Assembly (NCBI RefSeq): GCF_018398935.1
Contig: NZ_CP074694.1
Location: 4,080,001 to 4,112,000 of the forward strand
Length of the DNA stretch: 32,000 nt
Source of the DNA: Telmatocola sphagniphila
GTDB lineage: Bacteria; Planctomycetota; Planctomycetia; Gemmatales; Gemmataceae
Direction: 5' to 3'
Shown here: positions 8,064-15,500 of the stretch, piece by piece
Layout: the number at the start of each line of letters is the position of its first letter
Position numbering within the stretch: position 1 is the stretch's first letter
The notes under the pieces: generated by a model
Databases searched by the model: none
Told to the model about the DNA's origin: nothing
What the model saw: only the letters and a program-made list of their open reading frames with translations
Translations under genes and position numbers: made by a program

Positions 8064-9353
8064 ATGCGCCGTGTAGTTGTCACAGGATTAGGGGTGGTGG
8101 CCCCCAACGGCATAGGTCGGGAAGAATTCTGGTCCAGCTGCGTCGCAGGACGTAGCGGGATCAGTACGATTTCAGCCTTTGATTCGAAAACATTCCCCAT
8201 CAATGTTGCCGGAGAAGTTAAGCAATTCGACGCTACGCCGTTCGTTCCAGAATCTTCACGTAAATCGCTGAAGATCATGGGTCGGGCAGCCAAGTTCGGG
8301 TTGGGCGCTGCCGGTCTGGCTTTGCAAGACAGCGGCATCGATATGCGCACGGAAGATCCGGGCATGGTCGGCGTCGTCATGGGCACCGGCCTGGTACCCA
8401 TCGACATGTCCGAAATTATGCCTCTTCTTCGCAAAGTCATGAACGAGGAAGGCCACTTTGACCTGACAAAGCTGGATGCGGGCGGGGGGTCACCTATCTT
8501 TCCGCTCTGGCTGCTAAAATATTTGCCCAACATGGTAGCTGCCCATATTTCGATGGCCTTTAATGCTCAAGGACCCAACAGCACAATCACGACTGCTTGC
8601 GTGGCGGGGACCCAGGCGGTCGGCGAAGGATTTCGCATGATTTCCCGGGGTGAGGCCGACGTCTGTCTGGCGGGAGGGGCCGATAGCCGATTGGATCCTC
8701 TGCTGCTGATGGCGTACACCGCTCTTGGAACTCTAAGCCGCCGAACCGACTTGCCGCCAGAACAGATTTCCCGACCGTTTGATCGCCTGCGGGATGGATT
8801 CGTCTTGGGCGAAGGGTCTGGTGTTTTGGTTCTCGAAGATTTCGACCGGGCCCGAAAACGGGGAGCCAAGATTTACGCCGAGATCCTGGGTTTCGGCAGC
8901 AGCTTTGATGCTTATTCGATCACCAAGCCGGATCCCGAGGGCAAAGGGGGCGCTCGAGCCATTCGTAACGCTCTGAATGAGGCGAAGGTCTCCACGGAAG
9001 ATGTTCGTTACATCAACGCTCACGGCACCAGCACTCGACTGAACGACTGCATGGAGACCAATGCGGTTAAACATGCCTTTGGCGAGCATAAAGCCCGGAT
9101 GGTGCCGATTTCATCGATCAAGTCGATGATTGGGCACTCCATCGGGGCCAGCGGGGCCATCGAAGCGGTCGCTCTGGCTCTCACATTGAGCGAAAGTGTG
9201 ACGCCGCCGACGATTAATCTGACTCACCCGGACCCGGTTTGCGATCTGGATTACATTCCTAACGTCGCTCGTGATTGGGCTCCCGCCGTGGCCATTTCCA
9301 CGAGCTTCGGATTCGGGGGACAAAACGGGGCCCTGGTCATGCGGGCGATGTAA
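8064..9353 (+). CDS. fabF: Beta-ketoacyl-ACP synthase II-like ketosynthase (FabF family)
   Basis: The N-terminus from the ATG at 8064, MRRVVVTGLGVVAPNGIG, matches the FabF N-terminus. The Cys-His-His triad contexts are present: TTACVAGTQAVG, NAHGTSTRLND, SMIGHSIGASG. The C-terminus has SFGFGGQNGALV. The 7911 start in the ORF track adds an implausible 51-aa leader. Confidence 0.88.
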   Translation: MRRVVVTGLGVVAPNGIGREEFWSSCVAGRSGISTISAFDSKTFPINVAGEVKQFDATPFVPESSRKSLKIMGRAAKFGLGAAGLALQDSGIDMRTEDPGMVGVVMGTGLVPIDMSEIMPLLRKVMNEEGHFDLTKLDAGGGSPIFPLWLLKYLPNMVAAHISMAFNAQGPNSTITTACVAGTQAVGEGFRMISRGEADVCLAGGADSRLDPLLLMAYTALGTLSRRTDLPPEQISRPFDRLRDGFVLGEGSGVLVLEDFDRARKRGAKIYAEILGFGSSFDAYSITKPDPEGKGGARAIRNALNEAKVSTEDVRYINAHGTSTRLNDCMETNAVKHAFGEHKARMVPISSIKSMIGHSIGASGAIEAVALALTLSESVTPPTINLTHPDPVCDLDYIPNVARDWAPAVAISTSFGFGGQNGALVMRAM

Positions 9354-9420
9354 TTGGGCCCGGCCTTTTCTCAGCCGCCTATACTTCAGGTAGAGGTAAT
9401 CTTCTCCTGAGGTAACTGCG

Positions 9421-9894
9421 ATGGTTCAGGTTAAAGTTTTCAATTCCCGGGGTGAGTTGGTTGGCCCCTTAAGCGTTCCCAAGATCACCAAAGCGGACGC
9501 CGAGTGGCAGGCTCAGCTGAGCCCGACCCAGTACACTATCGCACGCAATAAAGGAACAGAACGCCCCTTCTGCGGAACCCTTCTGGATAACAAAAAGAAG
9601 GGAATTTATTCCTGCGTCTGTTGCGGGCTTCCCCTGTTCGCCTCCACGGCCAAATTCAACTCCGGAACTGGTTGGCCTAGCTTTTTCATAGCTGTAGCAC
9701 CCGAAAATGTCGTAACGGCGAGCGATCGATCGCACGGCATGATCCGCGACGAGATTCTCTGTTCCCGCTGCGACTGCCATTTAGGACACGTCTTCGAGGA
9801 TGGTCCGGCCCCAACGGGATTGCGTTACTGCGTAAACTCGGAATCTCTGGTGTTCACAGATGAATCTGAAGTGGCGAAATTGGCCGAGATTTAG
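9421..9894 (+). CDS. msrB: Peptide-methionine (R)-S-oxide reductase MsrB
   Basis: SelR/MsrB motifs: GIYSCVCCGLPLFASTAKFNSGTGWPSFF, two CxxC zinc pairs (CVCC, CSRC), HLGHVFEDGP and the catalytic RYCVNS. Confidence 0.93.
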   Translation: MVQVKVFNSRGELVGPLSVPKITKADAEWQAQLSPTQYTIARNKGTERPFCGTLLDNKKKGIYSCVCCGLPLFASTAKFNSGTGWPSFFIAVAPENVVTASDRSHGMIRDEILCSRCDCHLGHVFEDGPAPTGLRYCVNSESLVFTDESEVAKLAEI

Positions 9895-10262
9895 CTACAG
9901 AAATTCAGACCCGATTTGTACAATTTTGGAACGCGCAGGACTGCATTTCTGCACATGTTTTAACAATCGCTTGAACGATCCAATTTCAGTAATGATCCTC
10001 CTCTCTGAAGGAGGGTTGCGGGTTGTTCGGATTATCCTTTCCGAGTTGAACAGGCTGCTCAAAAACACCGCAGAATCCCCATATTTCCAAATAAGATGGG
10101 GTATATTGGATTGTTTTGAAAGATTTACAAACAGAACGGCTCTCACGAGGGTTTGAGTAGAAGAAATCAATCGGGCAATTTAGTTAATGGCATCAGATTT
10201 GCTTGATTGCAGTCGTCACTCACCAGTGTGGGTACAAGTTGAAAGAAAGGGAGGAAAGTACC

Positions 10263-10718
10263 ATGGCCAGACGCGATGCACTCCTCCGATTGCACAAGAC
10301 TTTGACTCAGCGTCGTGTGGAACTCCAGCGGCGTATGGGGATGGAACTCGAAGATCTTGCGAAACAATCCACGGGGGATACAGCAGATATTGCTTTCGAC
10401 ACCAGCGGTGAAGAAATTTCTTCGCAGTTGGCGGAAATTGAAAGCCGGGAATTAGTTCAAATTGATCGGGCGCTGAAACGCCTGAAAAATGGCACATACG
10501 GTTTATGCGAAATCTGCAACAAGCGGATTCCGGTAGCCCGGCTCGATGCCTTACCTTACAGTACAGTCTGTATCGGCTGCCAGAGAGATCTGGAAGACGA
10601 TCCGAGCATGATTGAAGACCGTACCAATCTCGATTGGGAACGCGTCAACGATCACGATCCTTATAGTTCCGACCGGAAGGTAAACCTTTCCGATCTGGAA
10701 TTGGATATGGCTCGTTAA
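10263..10718 (+). CDS. DksA/TraR-family C4 zinc-finger protein
   Basis: The ATG at 10263 is preceded by GGGAGGAAAG. A coiled-coil region carries a DxxDxA-type tip (DTADIA). The C4 finger is CEIC-x17-CIGC within GTYGLCEICNKRIPVARLDALPYSTVCIGCQ. The last roughly 45 aa form an acidic extension. Confidence 0.8.
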   Translation: MARRDALLRLHKTLTQRRVELQRRMGMELEDLAKQSTGDTADIAFDTSGEEISSQLAEIESRELVQIDRALKRLKNGTYGLCEICNKRIPVARLDALPYSTVCIGCQRDLEDDPSMIEDRTNLDWERVNDHDPYSSDRKVNLSDLELDMAR

Positions 10719-10743
10719 GTACAATTCCTGAAATTAAAGCCTG

Positions 10744-10775
10744 GACCCATCGAGTTTTCTCGGTGGGTCTTTTTC
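10744..10775 (+). terminator. Rho-independent terminator after the DksA-like gene
   Basis: GACCCATCGAG-TTTT-CTCGGTGGGTC forms an 11-bp stem with one G-U pair and a 4-nt loop, followed directly by TTTTTC. It begins 26 nt after the stop codon. Confidence 0.65.
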
Positions 10776-10994
10776 GTGTTCTCCCACTCTCCACACATTT
10801 CCAACCCACTGAACCTCCAACGTTCGACTAAACGATTGGCAGGATGTCGCTGATTTGCTTTTTGTAACGCCTCCTGTATACAATTTTGCGAATCCTGGCA
10901 GGGAATTTCTCATTCCTCGCTTCAGTCCACCGTTTAGAGTTACAGAAGAACGGTTCATGGATGCACCAGTTTCAATACGCGTCCGCTTGCGAAG

Positions 10995-12161
10995 ATGCCA
11001 AAGCAGGCCGACCCAGTAGGGAGCAGTAAAACATCCATGAGACGTGTTGGTTTTTCTTTTTTCCTAGGCGCTTGCGCCTTCGTCGGTGGCACGGCCGGTA
11101 CGGTAATTCTCAGCCAGATTAACACCGTTCACGCCGATCCCCGCCGTCCTCAAGACATTCAATTGCTTTCGGAATCCTTCGAACAAGTTGCCCGGCGGGT
11201 TTCCCCCACTGTGGTCGCTATCGAAGCGGTTAAGTCCCCCGCCGCCAATTCCCCGAATGCGAAAAGCAAACCGGTGGAAGAATCGGGTTCGGGTGTACTG
11301 ATTCGATTCGAAGGGATGAAAGGCACGCTGGTTATTACCAACAACCACGTGATCTCCGGTGCCAAAGCGGAACAGATTACCGTCAATCTGGCAGACAATC
11401 GACTGCTCAAACCGATTAAAGTCTGGGCCGATCCGGAGTCGGATATCGCCTGCTTATTACTCGATATCGACAATTTACCCACGGCCAATTTCGCAGACAG
11501 CGACCGGATTCGAGTGGGCCAGTTTGTTCTGGCCTTCGGTTCTCCGTTCGGCTTGAACCAGACCGTTACACACGGCATCATCAGTGCCAAGGAACGCGGC
11601 CAGGTGAGCCTCGGTACCACGATTCGAATCAAGGAATTCCTCCAGACTGACGCCGCCATCAATCCGGGATCCAGCGGCGGTCCACTGCTCAATCTCGATG
11701 GTGAAATTGTCGGGATCAACACGGCGATCGCCTCCCACTCCGGCAGCAACAGCGGCGTGGCCTTCAGCATTCCTTCCAATCTGGTCAAGCGGATCGCCAA
11801 ACAATTAGTCGAGCGGGGTTCGGTCACGCGTGGATATCTTGGCGTGCAACTTTCAGGCAGTATTGACCCGAATGACGCCTTGAGACTGGGAATGTCGAAA
11901 TCCGAAGGGGCTCTCGTCGAAGCAGTCTATCCGGAAACACCGGCCGCCAGCGCAGGCTTGCGAGCGAACGATGTGATCCTGAAAGTTGATGATGTGATCA
12001 TCAAAAGCGATAATCATCTCATCAATCTGATAAGTGCTTTACCCGCAGGACAAAAGGTGAAGCTCCAGCTGTGGCGGGACAAAAAAAGTATCGTGATCGA
12101 GGCCATCGTAGGCGATTGGGAGCGAGCTCAGGCTCGTCTTAAAGCCTCGCCCATGAATTGA
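10995..12161 (+). CDS. HtrA/DegP-family periplasmic serine protease (trypsin-like domain plus one PDZ domain)
   Basis: There is an N-terminal signal or anchor (FSFFLGACAFVGG). The catalytic contexts are TNNHV (His), ESDIACL (Asp) and GSSGGPLLNLDGEIVGINTAI (Ser). The PDZ-like C-terminus has RGYLGVQL...PAASAGLRANDVILKVDD. The start could instead be the ATG at 11037. Confidence 0.88.
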   Translation: MPKQADPVGSSKTSMRRVGFSFFLGACAFVGGTAGTVILSQINTVHADPRRPQDIQLLSESFEQVARRVSPTVVAIEAVKSPAANSPNAKSKPVEESGSGVLIRFEGMKGTLVITNNHVISGAKAEQITVNLADNRLLKPIKVWADPESDIACLLLDIDNLPTANFADSDRIRVGQFVLAFGSPFGLNQTVTHGIISAKERGQVSLGTTIRIKEFLQTDAAINPGSSGGPLLNLDGEIVGINTAIASHSGSNSGVAFSIPSNLVKRIAKQLVERGSVTRGYLGVQLSGSIDPNDALRLGMSKSEGALVEAVYPETPAASAGLRANDVILKVDDVIIKSDNHLINLISALPAGQKVKLQLWRDKKSIVIEAIVGDWERAQARLKASPMN

Positions 12162-12169
12162 TCGAGCCG

Positions 12170-12218
12170 AGAAAACAGCGGCAATGAATGCTGTAAGATG
12201 ATTGCGTAATTGCCGCTG
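12170..12218 (-). terminator. Hairpin terminator between convergent genes; reads best on the minus strand
   Basis: A perfect 10-bp stem, CAGCGGCAAT (12176-12185) pairing with ATTGCCGCTG (12209-12218), encloses a 23-nt loop. On the minus strand it is followed by TTTTC. On the plus strand the T-run is displaced (CCTCTCCACATTTTT). It sits 14 nt after the micro-ORF stop and 15 nt after the HtrA stop. Confidence 0.45.
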
Positions 12219-12231
12219 CCTCTCCACATTT

Positions 12232-12336
12232 TTAGTCGTCGTTCTGACGTTTCTTCAATTGCAGATAGTACACGATCAAACCAACTAGCAATGCCGCCAT
12301 AACGAGCATGCCGGGTACGCTGTAGAGAAAGCCCAT
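12232..12336 (-). CDS. Candidate 34-aa single-pass membrane micro-protein (below the ORF-track length cut-off)
   Basis: My own translation of the reverse strand gives ATG..TAA = MGFLYSVPGMLVMAALLVGLIVYYLQLKKRQNDD. This is a hydrophobic helix followed by a basic/acidic tail. GGAAAGGA (SD-like) lies 5-6 nt upstream. The ORF is flanked by its own hairpin (12176-12218) and is separated from gltB by the gltB terminator. Confidence 0.4.
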   Translation of the reverse strand: MGFLYSVPGMLVMAALLVGLIVYYLQLKKRQNDD

Positions 12337-12461
12337 AACGTCCTTTCCAACGAGAGATGAGAGTTTTTAGCGAAGCTTCCCATGCGGGCGAGCCTACTCG
12401 CAGCTTACATGGTTTGAACGATTTTTTACTTGAACTAGCGCTTCATTGCAAGCGCCAAGTC

Positions 12462-12499
12462 AAAAAAAAGCTCTCGTCAGAATTTTCGCTGACTAGAGC
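12462..12499 (-). terminator. Rho-independent terminator of gltB
   Basis: On the minus strand, 35 nt after the gltB stop, GCTCTAGTCAG-CGAAAATT-CTGACGAGAGC forms an 11-position stem with one mismatch. It is followed directly by T8 (the complement of the A-run at 12462-12469). Confidence 0.7.
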
Positions 12500-12533
12500 T
12501 GGATTTTAAAATGTGCGGTTGCGTTAACCGTCA

Positions 12534-15500
12534 TCAGCCCGCATTGGTTCCGGTAGCGGCGTAGTCCTCCATTTTTCGGGCTACAGCTAATGGAACGACT
12601 TTCTTCAGTTTCTTACCGCGACGAATCTCGGTCCAATCCTTCAGTATCTTTTCCGCCGATCTCGACCTGGTGAGCGAGTAGTAGTGATCCATCAGCGGAT
12701 GAATCCATTCGTAATCGACGTAATTGCAATCCACTAGAGCGACGCTCTTGGAATGCAGCTTGCCCGGCAGTTCATTCTTAGGATCGAAAATGAAGAGTTC
12801 TCCGCCGGTCATGCCCGACCCGACTTCATTCTCGATGGCCCCGAGGATGAGTACCTTTCCGCGCGTCATATATTCGCAGGCATACTTCCCGGCAGCCTCG
12901 GCGACGATGACAGCGCCGCTATTGCGGATGCCCAGACGGTGACCGGCCCGGCCGCCGATATAAATCCGGCCTCCCGTGCCCCCATAGCCGACGTTGTTCC
13001 CCGCCACGCTCTGAATCTGATTTCCGTAATCGGTTCGCTCATAATCGAGCGTGACCGTTACGGTACCACCCGAGATACCCTTCGCCACGCCGTCTTGAGC
13101 AAAACCGTTCAGCTTCAATTCCATCGAATTCAGGTTCCAAGCCCCGAAACTTTGGCCGGCCTCCCCTTCGAAGTTCACAGCGATGCGTCGATTGTTCGGC
13201 ATACCTTCCCGACCATAGAGCATCGCGATCCGGCCTGCCAGGGTAGCCCCTACACTCCGGTCGGAGTTGCGAATCCGGAACATCAGCTCGGACGACATGC
13301 AGGCATCCACAGCATCTTGAGCGGCCGCGACGATTTTCTCATTAAGCGATCGTTCGGGGCCGAAACCCACCCCCGTGCTGCATACCCCGCCCGGCTGAAG
13401 ATCCTGAGGATATTTTTCCAGGAGATTCGTCAGAGCCATGTCCGTGCGGACAAACCGGCTGACATCCACTAGCGTTGCACGACCCTTCATGGAAGGATTC
13501 TTAAGCAGCAGATCCCCTCGACCGACAATTTGCTCGAGCTTCGTGAAGCCCATATTGGCTAGGAGCTTTCGGACTTCTTCGGCCACACTGTACAGATAAG
13601 CCTTGGTGTGTTCCGGATGGCCGTGATATTTCTCCATCGAACCCGTGATTCCGGTCGGGCAATTGGGAATGTGGCAGCTCTTGCAGACAATACATCCCAC
13701 GCTGACCATCAAGGCCTGTCCGAAACTGAATTCGTCGGCGCCAAACAAGGCGTACTTAACGACGTCGTAGCCATTTTTGATACCGCCACCGACCCGAAGC
13801 GTGACAGCTTTTCTCAGGCCATTGACCACCAGAGCCTGATGCGCTTCCGCCAGTCCCATTTCGCTGGGTAGCCCAGCGTGCTCTTTCGATGAGATCATAG
13901 CAGCGCCGGTGCCGCCATCGATACCATCGATCTCGATGATGTCGGCCCCAGCCTTGGCAACTCCCACCGCAATCGTACCAATATTTTCGACAGCCACAAG
14001 CTTCACACTGACCGGCATGCCGGGTTTAATGGCTTTAAGATCGTAAATCAGTTGCGCCAGATCTTCGATGGAATAAATATCGTGGTGCGGTGGGGGACTG
14101 ATCAGGTCGTTACCCGGCTTGCCATAGCGAATTTCGGCAATTTCCTTGGTAACCTTTTTGCCCATCAGCTGGCCGCCTTCACCCGGCTTGGCCCCCTGAG
14201 CCATCTTGATCTGAAGTTCGTCGGCATTGATGAGGTATTCCGCATCCACTCCAAACCGGCCGGAAGCCACTTGACGGATTCTGCTGCGGAAACGGCTCTT
14301 GCGAAGCTCTCCCGCCAAGGTATATATCGAAGGATTTTGAATACGTTGCTGACGGATAGTATCCCAAAATTCGCCCCAGGCTCGTTCGGGCATGTCGTTG
14401 CGGAAGCGGGCTTCGCCCCCTTCACCGGAATTGCTGAGGCCATCCAGTTCGTTGAACGCCGCGGCCAGAGTCTGATGGCTGGCGCCGGTCAATGCTCCGT
14501 GGCTCATCGCAGCTCCACGGAACTTACGACGAATGATGTGGATCGCCGGTTCGACCTCTTCCAGCTTTACCGGCTGTCCGGATAGCTTGATGAGGAACAG
14601 ATCGCGGAGAACCGTAGGAGTCCGATTCTGGACCAACTCCGTGAATTTGACGTATTTATCGGCGACCCGTTTGGGGGCTTCCGGATCATTATCGGTCGGA
14701 ACGGCAGTGTAAACGCTTTCGCCGCCGCCCATTTCCGGTTCGGGATAGGCTTCCTTCACGGCATCCCGAAGTGCCATGCGTACCTTGGCATTGAAGGCTG
14801 TGTAGTCTAGGTGCTTGCCCAGAACCGACATTTTCTCGGCCTGCTCAACTCTCCAGGCAGCATCTTCCACCAGATGTTCCAACTGGATGCCGCCGATTCG
14901 ACTCGGGAATTCGCCGAGAAATTCCATAAGTTCCGAGCCAAACCCGACCGCCTCGAACAGCTGGGCGCCCCGATAACCTTCGATGGTAGTAATCCCCATC
15001 TTGGCGATGATCTTCTTGATGGAATCTTCGAGCGCGGCGAAGATATTCTCGAGGCACTCGCGGGCCGAGAGGGTCGATTCCTGCTTGGTATCGGCTTCCT
15101 TGAAAGTTAGACCATTCTGAATGATTCGCAGCATCAGATAGGGATGCACGGCGTCCGCGCCAAAAGCGATCAGGCAGCAAATATCGTGGCCTTCCTGAAC
15201 ATCGGCAGCCTGGACAACCAGAGAGCAGCGATCGCGCAAACCTTGCTTGCACAAATAGGTGTGAACGGCCCCTAACGCCAAGAGCGATGGGATCGGTACG
15301 ATCCCCATCTTGCTCGATTCCTTGTCGGACACGCAGAGCACCCGGTATCCTTCGTGCACGGCCTTTTCCGCGGCGGATTGAAGCGAGGTTAACGCTGTGC
15401 GTAAAGCCGCTTTGCCGCCGGACAGGTTGAAGGTGGCATCCAGAGTGGTGTAGGCCAGCACTTCATTTCGGCGAATTTCTTCGATGATCGCATCGGAAAC

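Noticed and set aside
7880-8533. 217-aa minus-strand ORF that could have been taken for the missing RND adaptor
   Set aside because: It is antisense to the FabF-like gene. The product is Ser/Pro/Arg/Met-rich, with no lipoprotein signal and no coiled-coil or barrel-sandwich features of membrane-fusion proteins.
10734-10958. 74-aa minus-strand ORF between the DksA-like and HtrA genes
   Set aside because: It overlaps the plus-strand terminator hairpin. It has no SD and no recognisable features. The region is better explained as terminator plus HtrA promoter.
11159-11827. 222-aa minus-strand ORF inside the HtrA gene, and 18733-19311 (+) inside the DUF3500-like gene
   Set aside because: They are shadow ORFs antisense to genes with catalytic-triad or TAT-signal evidence. 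They contain no motifs of their own.
12753-13472. Long plus-strand ORFs (239 aa here, also 15561-16235 at 224 aa and 14052-14585 at 177 aa) lying inside gltB
   Set aside because: They are antisense to a gene with unmistakable GltB homology along its whole length. Their products are Arg/Pro/Ala-rich and low in complexity. No SD is present. These are typical shadow ORFs of a moderately GC-rich coding region.
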